DNA of 63,190 nt, counting the filler, from Licmophora abbreviata (Eukaryota), in assembly GCA_900291995.1 (NCBI GenBank). It is 9 parts of 9 records of this genome, joined end to end, with 100 filler letters (N's around TTAATTAATTAA, not from the genome) between each part and the next. Parts side by side here need not be neighbours in the genome. Positions count along the whole stretch, not along the records: positions 1 to 11,532 come from OLMU01001284.1; 8 more parts are not named here. One strand, written 5' to 3'. How positions within the stretch are numbered: the stretch's first letter is position 1; the number at the start of each line of letters is the position of its first letter. Of the stretch, positions 1-10,574 are shown one piece after another. A model generated the notes under the pieces. The model was not told where the DNA came from. It searched no databases and saw only the letters and a program-made list of their open reading frames with translations. The translations under genes and the position numbers were made by a program.

Positions 1-2
1 CG

Positions 3-740
3 TTGGTCCGTGGCTCAATGAACGATTATGTCGACGGCTTGAAAGTGGCTGCATTCGGGAGGGGCGCCGTCGCGCACACAACTGAGAATCCGTACACGTC
101 ACAAAATCAAAGCAACAAAGATGTAAACCACTTTCTCGGATTTGCAGTTCATGAACTTCTCTTCCATTGGAGAGACAAAGATAAGGACTGCAGTTCAGTG
201 GGTGACGCCGACGAATTTGTCCGACTGTTGGAGAGTATGTGTATTTCTCACCTGGAGGCCACCTTGGACCAAGAATATCTCCAAAATTGTTATGCCTCGC
301 TGGATCAGATTAGAAACAGAGGGAGGTTCCATCTGATCTCGCCAGGCTACTTCTCCTTCGGGCGGAAGCTCATTCGTGCGTTCGACGCAATTTTCAATTT
401 AGAAAAACTGGAACGGGAAGGAAAGAAATTGCTGGAAATGGCATTTACTGCGTTGCACAACGACAAAGCGCTGACGCAGGAGTTCCTCAAATGCGGTGAG
501 GATGTCGAGAGCACGTGGGAGGACCAACTTATTCTCACTGAGAATGATAGGATTTGGGTACTTCGTCAGTTGCTGTCGAAGGCATGCCATGCGAGAGCCA
601 AGGTCGTGACGGATGCCTTCACTGAAAAACACACAGGGCGTTTCGTGAAAGGATCCTCCAAGCAGGCATTCAGGCAGACACTGCAAGCTGGTTTGAAGAG
701 AAAGAGCGAAGAGACGGCGGCAATCCTGAAGACAGGATGA
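3..740 (+). CDS. 5'-truncated ORF of unknown function, possibly the C-terminal part of a DNA-transposon-derived protein
   Basis: Intronless open frame from the window edge to TGA at 738-740. HFLGFAV and NRGRFHLISPGYF loosely recall the YIAGYV / RGGLxxPS elements of P-element/THAP9-type transposase C-termini. Followed by an AT-richer tail. Confidence 0.4.
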   Translation: MVRGSMNDYVDGLKVAAFGRGAVAHTTENPYTSQNQSNKDVNHFLGFAVHELLFHWRDKDKDCSSVGDADEFVRLLESMCISHLEATLDQEYLQNCYASLDQIRNRGRFHLISPGYFSFGRKLIRAFDAIFNLEKLEREGKKLLEMAFTALHNDKALTQEFLKCGEDVESTWEDQLILTENDRIWVLRQLLSKACHARAKVVTDAFTEKHTGRFVKGSSKQAFRQTLQAGLKRKSEETAAILKTG

Positions 741-1247
741 AGAGGATGAAAGCATCGTCGATGGAATGATGTGATTGTGAATCTAGAATGAATGAATCGA
801 ATGTGGTCCGAAATCTTGGAAGAGGCGGCCTTAAATCTAAGTGTTGTAGTATATTTATCTTCGGTGTTCTCTCGTCAAGGCTACTTAGAGAAAAGTTGCC
901 ACGGATGGTAACAGCGCGCTACGACCGTGTGACACCCCATATTCATGTACCCCTGAATCTCCTGGTGCTCTTTTGTACAGCATTCATTACAAGGAAATCG
1001 CGTATTAATAAGTTAAATAAAAATTTGCCTCGATACAAACATCCCGTCTTGAATACCTGCATAGCATTGTACATCATCAAGCTGCATTGAAGTATTCCTT
1101 TCCCGTCAGCGCGCGTCGCCAAACCACAAAAAAGAGCATTGCTTTCTACTCAAGACACCGCGGCGCACCAGGCACCTCACACCACAAAGCAAGTGCTTGA
1201 CCACCCTGAAGCAGATTCCACGAAGACTCTTCCGAAACAAAACAATC

Positions 1248-1794
1248 ATGTAAGTTAGACGGGAGGCAGTGAAAGTGGCGTGGGAGAGAGAATTGAGAAT
1301 GGGGTTTGTCAATGGCATTCGAAGGACGAGAGACGTCGATCGCGCGATGATGACATGGGCTGACGGGCTGAGACGACTGTCAGCAGTTTTCGTCGTCATT
1401 TTTCACTTGTGCGCTATTAGCTTGCATGCAACGACAGTGGCAGGCCGCAAACACGATCACTCATGCATCTGTCTGCTTGTATTTCTGTCTCGTAAGGGTT
1501 CTCAAAAAAGTACGCGCGAGTATGAAGGCCCGAAAGGAAAAGAAGGCGGAGGCCCAAAAGGCCAAGGACGCCCCACCGGAGGGGAATGCACCCGCAAAGC
1601 CCGAGGAGGCACCCCCGACACCCGAAGCCAAGGAGACCCCTCCCCCTGAAAAGCCAGTGCCGGAGGAGCCTCCTAAGGAAGTAGAGGAGGAAGAGCCCAA
1701 GGAGAAGGCTGCGCCTGTGATCGAGGACGAGGAGAGCGCATTGGAAAACGCGTTGGACGCAGGCATGAATTGCTGTGGAGTGCACTGCAGCTAG
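1248..1794 (+). CDS. Small Lys/Glu/Pro-rich protein with Cys-rich C-terminus (MVLKKVRASMK...MNCCGVHCS); start codon probably split by an intron
   Basis: AT at 1248-1249 in ACAATC context, GTAAGT donor at 1250, branch-like CTCAT ~1460, pyrimidine tract, AG at 1495-1496. G1497 completes ATG in frame with ORF 1426..1794. Confidence 0.55.
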
Positions 1795-2011
1795 ATTCCC
1801 GGCTTGAGACTCGGAAGAACCTCTGTGTGTCTTCGTGTGTCAAGGATCTCCGTTCGGTGTGGTTGGCTCGCGATCGACATGGAGCCACGGTCCTATCATC
1901 CTTATTTGTAGTACTGCGTATGTCATCCTAGTTATCGAGTGATTGTGATGAAGTTCTGGGAGTGAATCATCGTTACCACGGGATCGCTAACAACGGCTAC
2001 GAGTAGTAAAG

Positions 2012-3013
2012 TCAAAGCGGCTTCCAACCTTCATGCAATGCCACAATGCCTCCTGTCAGATTTGTATAGCGAACACTCTGGAATCCCGCATCCTTCATTC
2101 TCTGAACCAGTTCTGACTGATTCGAAAACTGGCGAATACTCTCGACGAGATACTGGTAGGATGGTCGGTCATTGGCCACTGCTTCTCCCATCGCTGGTAT
2201 CACATGAAACGAGTAGGTGTCGTATATGGCTCGCAAGAGCTCGTTAGGCACTTGAGAGAATTCGAGGCACATGTATCGACCCCCAGGCTTCAACACTCGA
2301 TAGGCTTCTTTCAATGCCAGATCGACATCGGTTACGTTGCGCAATCCAAAGGCAATAGTGTACATATCAAAACTGTTATCATTGAAACTGGACAAGGATT
2401 GCGCATTGCCTTCGGCAAAGCTCAATACTGTTGGTTTCTCCTCGTGATTCTTATCGAGCAGTGACGAATCGTACTTGGTTCGTGCACGGCGTTCTCCCAC
2501 CCGGAGCATTTCGGGGTTGATGTCGCATACCGTCACAGAAACAGAATTATGATTGATTCCGGTTGAATCCACTATACGAAAGGCGATATCTCCCGTGCCT
2601 CCGGCCACATCGAGAATGGCAAACGGCTCTACGCCTTCGGAACGCATCATCATGTTCGGCGCAATTACGCCGACCTTCGTTTGGTCCACAAAGTAGTCTT
2701 TCCATAGACGATGCAAGCCGCCGGACATGAAATCGTTCATTACATCGTAGTTTTCAGCGACATTCTCAAAAACTTCTCGGACACGGGATTCCTTTTCGTG
2801 AACCTGAACTTGCTGAAAGCCAAAGTGCGTAGTGGCGGCTGTGGAATCTTGAAGGGGAGGCGATGATGGCTCTGTATTTGCGGGACTGCTTGCTGTTGTG
2901 AATGAAGATCGAGGATTTACATGCTGGAAGAGCTGAGCAGTGGCTCCTGATCTGCTTTCAAGCGATCGACCAAGACGACGCAAGTCGAGGATGAGCCGTC
3001 GGTGCATTACCAT
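2012..3013 (-). CDS. COQ5: UbiE/COQ5 family C-methyltransferase (ubiquinone biosynthesis), mitochondrial
   Basis: THFGF, VFENVAENYDVMNDFMSGGLHRLWK, LDVAGGTGDIAF, YTIAFGLRNVT, YQYLVESIRQF. Arg/Ser-rich presequence from ATG 3013. Confidence 0.93.
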   Translation of the reverse strand: MVMHRRLILDLRRLGRSLESRSGATAQLFQHVNPRSSFTTASSPANTEPSSPPLQDSTAATTHFGFQQVQVHEKESRVREVFENVAENYDVMNDFMSGGLHRLWKDYFVDQTKVGVIAPNMMMRSEGVEPFAILDVAGGTGDIAFRIVDSTGINHNSVSVTVCDINPEMLRVGERRARTKYDSSLLDKNHEEKPTVLSFAEGNAQSLSSFNDNSFDMYTIAFGLRNVTDVDLALKEAYRVLKPGGRYMCLEFSQVPNELLRAIYDTYSFHVIPAMGEAVANDRPSYQYLVESIRQFSNQSELVQRMKDAGFQSVRYTNLTGGIVALHEGWKPL

Positions 3014-3310
3014 GGTGAGAGTGTTCGTATGATGATCAGCCGGCGCTTTGTGCTGCACCACGTACCATGTACAGACGAGTGGTCGATCTCGCATCCGGAT
3101 GGGGGACGGACCGTGAGTTTGAAGTTTGGAATCGCACGCACAACGCACATCGTCGGTCGCGGACTGCTGACATTAACCGCACAGAGATCGAGCAGCTAAC
3201 ACTCACCACGTTGTCTCCTGCAAAATCCTCGTCAAAACCGTCGTTTCACTGCAATCTGCAGAGATCTACACTCTTCTCGCGTCCACTTCTCCATATAGTC
3301 CAAAAGTCTG

Positions 3311-3904
3311 ATGCGTTCCTTTCTTCTCGTCGCCTCCTTGCTGGTGCTCTGTACTGCAAGAATACTTGCCTTTTCCTTGGTCATGATGGGATCGCGCCGC
3401 GGCAAGGGCAATCTCAAAAAGAGCCTGGATCCTGCCACGTCGGGAGACAAGCGGCTGTCGTCGTTCTCCTCCTCCAGCAACAGTCCAAGCGGCCAGCTCA
3501 ACAATGGAAGGGGCCAGGAAATTACGGGTGTGACGCTTCCGGCCGATGGCACTCTCAAGGGTTGGGAATTCGGGAACAGTGTTCGAATGGCATGTGCAAA
3601 CGTCAATGGCAGGTTCTATGCCCTGCAAGGAGCCTGTCCTCGATGCGGTTTTGATTTATGGAAGGGTGATCTCATAACGGACGACCCTGGCTTTGACGAT
3701 TTGCCGCTCGTCGCGTGCCCTACGTGTGCCACAACGTATGGATTGAGATCTGGTAAACATGGACCGCCTATAAAGCGGACCGGACTGTCGGGATTTGTGG
3801 GAGGGTTGGCCAAGTCGGCCACCAGCAGCGAGGCCAATCAGAATGCAAAGTCGTTCATTATTACGAGAGAAGAGGATGGACGCGTGTACTGCAAAGAACG
3901 ATGA
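3311..3904 (+). CDS. Plastid-targeted Rieske-ferredoxin-fold protein with non-canonical CxxC...CxxC ligand set
   Basis: Signal peptide + ILA-FSL. GRFYALQGACPRCGFDLWKG...VACPTCATTYGLRSGK aligns with the Rieske pattern GxxYAxxxxCxHxGxxLxxG...CPxHxxxFDLxTG; C-terminal EDGRVY strand. Confidence 0.7.
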   Translation: MRSFLLVASLLVLCTARILAFSLVMMGSRRGKGNLKKSLDPATSGDKRLSSFSSSSNSPSGQLNNGRGQEITGVTLPADGTLKGWEFGNSVRMACANVNGRFYALQGACPRCGFDLWKGDLITDDPGFDDLPLVACPTCATTYGLRSGKHGPPIKRTGLSGFVGGLAKSATSSEANQNAKSFIITREEDGRVYCKER

Positions 3905-4175
3905 AGAGACAACAGGCGCCGCTACGAGTGTAGTGAGTCGACACCGTCTACACGCCTCGATATGAGTAAGGTAATAGATTGCTGCTCTACTTACAAGCTA
4001 TCCTTGGGCTTGACTTTACATGTCTCTTAAAAGTTCATCATATCTCATAGCACATGGAGCGTTCCGCTGGTCTGCCAGAAGAGAAATAACCGTACACTGC
4101 CTCACGCTTGGATTTCCACAGTTTCATGCGCTCAGAAAACGATAAACCAGCCATTTCTTCCCCCGGAGACTGGCG

Positions 4176-4958
4176 TCAGATGGAGAATTCAATCAAATAC
4201 TCCTTACCCCACTGCACACGGGCCCATGCGCGCTCATAGAAGAACATCAGACCGGTCTTGAAGACGGCGTCAAATCCAGCAATCTTACTGGCAACGCTCA
4301 AATCCTTGGCGAAAAAGACGGCCATTGTGAGCGTGTTGCAAATTGCAAAAAGCCTCCAAATCAAAGCTTTGGCCAAGGAGCGACCGACATCATCGGCCCC
4401 AGCCTTACGTCCCGCCTGTGACTTGTTCATGAGTCGCTCTCCAATGAACATCGTAAACGCCTTGCTGAAGAAGTCAGACCCGACGATGCTCAGTGCTGTC
4501 GAGATGGAACCACTGAATCGAAGAGAGGTGGCAAAGGTGACACTTCCCGCAATGATACGCCACAGGAATGCCTTCACGGCCGATCGCATTGTAGTTTCGG
4601 AGAAATTCCCTCCCGGCGGGGCCTCAGTGACTTGGACGGCGGCCAGGTATTCCTGTTTCTTGCCTTGAAGCATCTCAAGGTTCTGTTCGTATTGCACAAG
4701 TCTCTCTCGAGCTTCTTCGCGGAGCTTATTGTACTTCTTCTCCTTCTTTTCGAACTCACGCAAGACGGCATCACTGTTGCCGTTAGTCATGGAGGGTATC
4801 GAAATGGAAGCCTGCAGCGGCCTTGGGTGGTAGTTCTGATGTGCATGAACCTTTTCCGATGCGGAGGAGAGGCGCGTTGCTGGGGACGCGAAGCCCATCA
4901 CGGTGGACGGCAGCAGAGCCACCAGCAAAACAGCAACGACGGATGACCTCGAGTACAT
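4176..4958 (-). CDS. Plastid-targeted membrane protein with two tandem DUF2061-like units
   Basis: Signal peptide + MG-FASP; coiled coil; ETTMRSAVKAFLWRII...ER and DDVGRSLAKALIWRLF...FFYERAW repeats typical of DUF2061. Confidence 0.7.
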   Translation of the reverse strand: MYSRSSVVAVLLVALLPSTVMGFASPATRLSSASEKVHAHQNYHPRPLQASISIPSMTNGNSDAVLREFEKKEKKYNKLREEARERLVQYEQNLEMLQGKKQEYLAAVQVTEAPPGGNFSETTMRSAVKAFLWRIIAGSVTFATSLRFSGSISTALSIVGSDFFSKAFTMFIGERLMNKSQAGRKAGADDVGRSLAKALIWRLFAICNTLTMAVFFAKDLSVASKIAGFDAVFKTGLMFFYERAWARVQWGKEYLIEFSI

Positions 4959-5304
4959 GGTGCGCGTGATATATGTGAGCGAAATGGCCTACTTCGGGGG
5001 TGAAAAAGTGAGACCTCGGCAAGAAACAATGCGAACAAAGAACTTCAAGCTGCATCTGGCGGCAGGCAACGCCACGAAAACGTGTGGAGGTCCGTTTTCG
5101 CGCCAAAACGTCAGTACCGCGATCTACGTCAGTCCTACGTGGAGGAGATATAGCTCCCTTGTCCAATGACTGCGGTTTCGGATGAGAGGTCGTCTTTCAG
5201 CGTTCGAACTTGATTTTGTCTTGCCGTAGGAATCATACTGCTATTCACGTAGATGATCGAACTCCTGCGACATTTCCAGGACGTCGAGACCCAGAAATGG
5301 AATG

Positions 5305-5324
5305 CGGAATTTCTAGAATTTCCC
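5305..5324. promoter_or_regulatory. Putative heat-shock element
   Basis: cGGAa-tTTCt-aGAAt-tTCCc: four alternating nGAAn/nTTCn units (two imperfect) about 100 nt upstream of the Hsp70-like gene. Confidence 0.35.
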
Positions 5325-5420
5325 AAACAAAATATCATTTCTCTCGTGAAGCCATTCGAAATCTGAAATCAGAAAAATAAAAAAATCTCAAATCTCATCT
5401 CGCAAAACATCACATAAACC

Positions 5421-7471
5421 ATGACACAGCTTCACCGGAATGGCGTCACCTGGCGGGGCTTTCGTCACCCTGCATATTACTCGTGGCATGTTTGAGCTTG
5501 ATTGGTCTTAAGTTTGTTCCAATTTCGGGGGCGTTCATCGCGTCGCCGTTCCGAAACGGAGGTCGACGCCACGCAAATGTCCGTCGACTATCATGCAGCA
5601 GCAGCACGTTGCTCGCTAGCAGTAGTGGCGCGTCCGAAGATGAAGGGATCGGCATCGGAATTGATCTGGGAACTACGTATTCAGCAGTAGCAATTTTGAA
5701 AGATGGTATTCCTACGATCGTCCCCATTCCCGAGAACGGACGTACCATGCCGTCGGTTGTGAGCTGGGAGGAAGCGTCCGGGCAGTTCTTGGTTGGAAAA
5801 CCTGCCATTGCGAACGAAGCGGAGAACCCTCAAGGATCCTATCGCAACGTAAAGCGCGTTATAGGAACGGGATCAAGAATGGCTGGAAAAACGGCAGAGG
5901 TGGTTCCGAATCTAATCGTGCGGAATACTGAGGATGACAAGCTAAAGCCGAAGAAGAGAAAGAAGAAAAACTCAAAAGAGATGAGCTTGGCCAAGCAAAT
6001 GGAAGAGTCGCTTGCGAGTCCTGCATTACTACACTCTCCGTCGAAAGGGGAGGATGGTCATCGAGGTGTGATAGAACCTGAAGTGATTTCCTCCCAGATC
6101 CTACAAACATTAATCCGCACGACGGAACAAGCTACCGGACAATCGGTGACTCGTGCCGTCGTTGGCGTCCCTGCCTACTTTCACGATGAGCAGCGTGAGG
6201 CAACCATCAAAGCCTGCCAGATGGCTGGAATTTCCAAAGTAAAGCTCCTGCGGGAGCCAGAGGCTGCTGCGCTTGCATATGGCGTTGGGAAAGAACAAAT
6301 TGGGCAAGGCGAAAATGACGAGTTGGTGCTAGTATTCGATTTGGGCGGTGGTACGTTCGATGTGTCCATCTTATCCGTGGGAGGCGGTTTGACGGAAGTT
6401 ATTAGTACTTCTGGAAATGTAAGGATGGGCGGATCGGACTTTGACGCTCGTATTGCCGAGCATCTAGCCAATGTTCTCCAGGAGAATGGAGCTGATCGAA
6501 ATATTTTGTCCCGTGGCGGCGCTGCTGCCGATGCCATGGTGCGAGCGGCTGAAGCTGTCCGCATCTATCTAAGTAACAATCGCAGAGCACTCTTGACGCT
6601 TCCGCTGAAGGAGGGTGATTGGTCCCATCTGGCGAACGCGACAGACGTGCTTGTGTCCACGTTTGAGGACGAAGTCCCAGAAGAGGGATTTTCTAATTCA
6701 ACGCATGTCGTATATGAGCTGAGTCGAAAGACAATTGAATCACTGTGTCGAAACGAATTTCAAGCACTGTTACGTCCATTACGAGAAGTCGCCATCATGT
6801 CAGGGGCCTTGTTGCCTGGGGATGCTAGACCGGGAGTTGTTGAAGCGGCATTCGACATGGAGGAAGAGTTTGAGCGAGTCATGAGTGGTGCCAATGCTGG
6901 CACCCCGGTCGCCTTTGAGGACTTTTACAGGGATAATGAGGGCAGAGATCTTGTAGCACAGGCGTCGACCGCTACAGCAGACGACGTGAAAGACGTTGAT
7001 CCTGATATGCTTTTGCAGATGCGGGAGCTCGACCTTAAGGAGCGGAAACGAGAGCAGCAGAAAGGCAGGAAGAAGGCTCGTAATTTGGCAAAGCAAGAAC
7101 GAAAGTTTCGAGAGGAGAAACGGAAAGTCGATGCCGACGCTGACGCGAAAGTGATAGATGGGATATCAGGTCGCCCGATTTCCCAAGTGGTGCTGGTTGG
7201 CGGTGCGACGCGAATGCCGGCAATTGGGCGGTTGCTGGCTGCCATGACAGGAGTAGTACCGCAGCGAACGGTGAATCCTGACGAGGCCGTTGCTCTGGGG
7301 TGTGCTGTTCACGTGGGCGTGTTAGATGGGAAAGAAGACCTTAACGGGCTGACTGTGCTAACGCCGATGCAAGCCGCTATCATGAGAGCCGTGGCGGAGA
7401 AGAATGGACTCTTGGACGGAACAGACGAAGATTTTGATGAACGTGATCTCGATACTGTGGAGCTCTTCTGA
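5421..7471 (+). CDS. Atypical plastid-targeted Hsp70/DnaK-family protein (ATPase domain only)
   Basis: GIDLGTTYS, VGVPAYF, LREPEAAALAYG, VFDLGGGTFDVS, VVLVGGATRMP, NPDEAVALG; no substrate-binding domain. No in-frame ATG precedes the signal peptide; adding one A near 5439-5440 joins ATG 5421 (MTQLHRKWRHLAGLSSPCILL...SGA-FIASP). Confidence 0.85.
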
Positions 7472-8245
7472 TGGGGCGAGGCACCCGAAAACTCTGCCAC
7501 TGCCGAGCTGTTGACTAGTCACAGCATACGCTTCGGATCATTGTGACGGCAGGTCGTGCGTATTGTTGCCGTGCACTTTGGGCTAGGCCTGTTGTCGTTC
7601 CATGTGCGTGCAATGACACCATGACACCTGTGACTCTTCCTGACGGATGCGGAACGAACTGTGAAACACTTATCTCCCCCAGGCGCACACTATTCTTGGC
7701 ATGAAGAGGAACAGTCCCATACACTTTCGATATGGGGCTGTGCTGTTGTAAAACCTGCAAGTCCCTCCTTCCCAATGGAATTTACTGTACTTCATTCAAC
7801 GGTTCCGTTTTCGTATGCCATGCGGTTCGGTTTCTTCCATCTTTTTATAATAATAATGATAAGACTATGATATCACTACGATTTTTTGAACATCTATTGG
7901 GTTCTGTACATAGAGTTGAAGCGCCAGGTGGCGCTCTTCCGAGTTGCGTTGACTGATCTAAGTCAAGTTCAAAGTACTGTACCTGGTATTGGAGAAGGCC
8001 GCGTTACGGATACCAGGTGCAGGCAATGAATTGAGAATAGAACGGAATGGGTTCGAGATAATCGAATATGACGTCACATGTCACCCACGCATCACCCAAA
8101 TTCCAAATTGAGAACCTCATGAGTCTTGTGTACCTTGACCGGATGTGAAACCTTGTACACAATACACAATGTTACAGTACCAGGCACAGCACATCGAACA
8201 TATCACATCTACCACCTGGGGGCCTAACCACATTCTACAGTTGTC

Positions 8246-9232
8246 ATGAGCCCATTCCGCTTTGCTCTTCTCCTCTCGGTGGTGCGTGTCCTCTCTGCGT
8301 ATTTGATTTTCCCAGCGCCTGGACCGAAAACTGCAAGTGACCCAGATGGCAAGACTTTCTCGTGCATTCCGTCCAAAAACAGGATTAAAGCAGATGGGTG
8401 TGAGGTGGTGACTCTTCCTGCGGAGTTCTGTGCTGCTTGTCAAGTTGTGGTTTTGCAAGAGAGCGGCAGGTACGGAGACTGCACTCGTGCAAGCTGGAGT
8501 CTGGAAAATGATAATGGAGAGTGCCTCTCCAAGTTCGCGGAGTACTCGGCGTTGAATACATGTGACCCAGAACGCGCTATTGCGTTGGACACTTATCTCA
8601 ATCCAGCGAACGAGGGACAAAAGGAAGACGCTCGCCAGCAGCTGGACTTCCTGGTTTACGCCCTTTGCGAGAATATGTGTGACTGTGTGCCTCAAAGGCC
8701 TGCCAACCCGAGGAACAAGAGATATGACGTGACTCGAGGCAGCTGCCAAGGTCACGCTCAAGGTGCACTCTGCAGAAGCTATCCCAACGTGAAGCTCATT
8801 CGAGGAGAAGGTGATCCGCCTGATGATGTGTCGGCTTTGCCGACTGTTTGTCCACAGATGCAAGCGTGGTTTGACGCCCAAACAATATCACCCATCCAGA
8901 TTTTTACTGGAGCCGACATCGAACCCGAAGTGTCGGTGTTCTTGGATCGCATGCTTCGTGCCGGGCAGATCCGGGAGGATAATACGCTCTGGGAAGAATG
9001 CCTGCACATGGAACGCAAGGCGTCCGTCGAGGTTCGACCCGCCCTGGAAACAGTGTACCCGGACATCAACTGCCGCCCAGTAACGACAAGCGGATGCCCC
9101 GATCCCTTCCGGGAGGTAGTGATGAAGCGCACAGACAGCTTTGGCGCTTGCTCTGATCAGTGCGTCTCTCATCGAATGGTCCCATTCTATAAGGAGGTGT
9201 TGGGCTATGATTGTGGCACGTATTGTGACTAG
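8246..9232 (+). CDS. Secreted cysteine-rich protein, unknown function
   Basis: Signal peptide MSPFRFALLLSVVRVLSA; many Cys (FCAAC, LCENMCDC, GYDCGTYCD); intronless 328 aa. Confidence 0.75.
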   Translation: MSPFRFALLLSVVRVLSAYLIFPAPGPKTASDPDGKTFSCIPSKNRIKADGCEVVTLPAEFCAACQVVVLQESGRYGDCTRASWSLENDNGECLSKFAEYSALNTCDPERAIALDTYLNPANEGQKEDARQQLDFLVYALCENMCDCVPQRPANPRNKRYDVTRGSCQGHAQGALCRSYPNVKLIRGEGDPPDDVSALPTVCPQMQAWFDAQTISPIQIFTGADIEPEVSVFLDRMLRAGQIREDNTLWEECLHMERKASVEVRPALETVYPDINCRPVTTSGCPDPFREVVMKRTDSFGACSDQCVSHRMVPFYKEVLGYDCGTYCD

Positions 9233-9875
9233 AGGATGGGTGAGAGCTACATCGTTTAGGATGAGCTAGTTGACCCTGAAAGGGACTGTCGACGCATGAT
9301 CAGGATTATAGTGTTTATTGGTTAGATAGTAGTTGCACTTTATTGCATTTTAATCTTTACTTCTGTACGCTGCCGTCTTACGGTAGGCACTTCCTGATAT
9401 TGCCCTTTGCCAGCCCTAGTAGTATTGTCATGCTGCCTCGTCGGTCGGCCTTCCGCAGATCAGTTGTCAACGCAGTTTTCCATAAACGTACCCTGTCTGA
9501 ACCTGTGCTTCTTCCCACGCAGTCTACGGTGAACGGGGTGCGTATTTCTAATGGAATTGTGCCAACAAATTGTTGGTCTTCGTGCAGGTGCCGGTACCCG
9601 TACGTGGCACACTGTGGTACTCCTACGACTCGACTGACTCGACTTAAACATCCTCACTCCTTATCGGTACGTTTTCGTAACGAAAGTCATTGAATAATAA
9701 AAAATATTGATTATTTTTGAATTTTGGAAAACGTTTCGTTTATGAGTACTAGGTAGTACCCCGTGAGAAAAGTCTAGTGAGATGCGTGCCTTCATCCGCC
9801 TTCATCCATCACAAATCGCAGATCACAGCCACGATCCCGTTTGTTGCCTGTCAAAGCGGAACCTCAGCGTCAAAG

Positions 9876-10574
9876 ATGCACAGTTTCGCCTTATCTATTG
9901 TCATTCTCATGTCAATTAGGCAGAACACAGTAGTTCGAGCCGCGGTGCCGCAGCCGGGCGATTTCTGTGAGATTGACGGAGCAAGTTTCCTTGAGGGTGG
10001 GAGTGAAGATGCGTTCACATCACGCATCGCCGGCGGTCCAGGATGCGCATTGGGCACCAAAACTAATTGTTTCTGCCACTCCAGTTATGATATTGCATCT
10101 ACCTTGTGGGTATGGACTTGTGGAGACGATATCTCATTTGGGCCTCTCCAGGGCAAGAGTTGTCCCGACACAGTTGCATACGAAAGGGGGTTTGCGGGGG
10201 ACTTGCCAGCATGCGACACTGCACTGAACCCATCAGGACTCACAGCGGACGATCCTCCATGTGGGTACCATGACTGTGCAGACGATGGTAGCGGGGAAAC
10301 GGCGACCTGTGGGTGCGTCAACCTTTCTAACTTTGGGCTTGGCGACGGTCCTGCGTGGGTTTGCCTACACTCTGGCTGCTCATGCAGTCAGCAGCAATCT
10401 TCACCTGCAAGGGCACCAGTGCCTCCGCCGGTGGAAGATGATCGCAAGACTCGAGTCCCTGACGGAACTACCCTGGGACCCACTCCTAGCTCAGCAGCAG
10501 TTATTGTCAACGGCAACTTGCTCCGGACGCTTTTCATTGTTGCGACGCTGCTATTTCCTATTCTTCATGCGTAG
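9876..10574 (+). CDS. Secreted Cys-rich, probably GPI-anchored surface protein
   Basis: Signal peptide from ATG 9876; two CxC...WxC-type Cys modules; Pro/Ser/Thr stalk; SSA plus hydrophobic C-terminal tail. Confidence 0.7.
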   Translation: MHSFALSIVILMSIRQNTVVRAAVPQPGDFCEIDGASFLEGGSEDAFTSRIAGGPGCALGTKTNCFCHSSYDIASTLWVWTCGDDISFGPLQGKSCPDTVAYERGFAGDLPACDTALNPSGLTADDPPCGYHDCADDGSGETATCGCVNLSNFGLGDGPAWVCLHSGCSCSQQQSSPARAPVPPPVEDDRKTRVPDGTTLGPTPSSAAVIVNGNLLRTLFIVATLLFPILHA

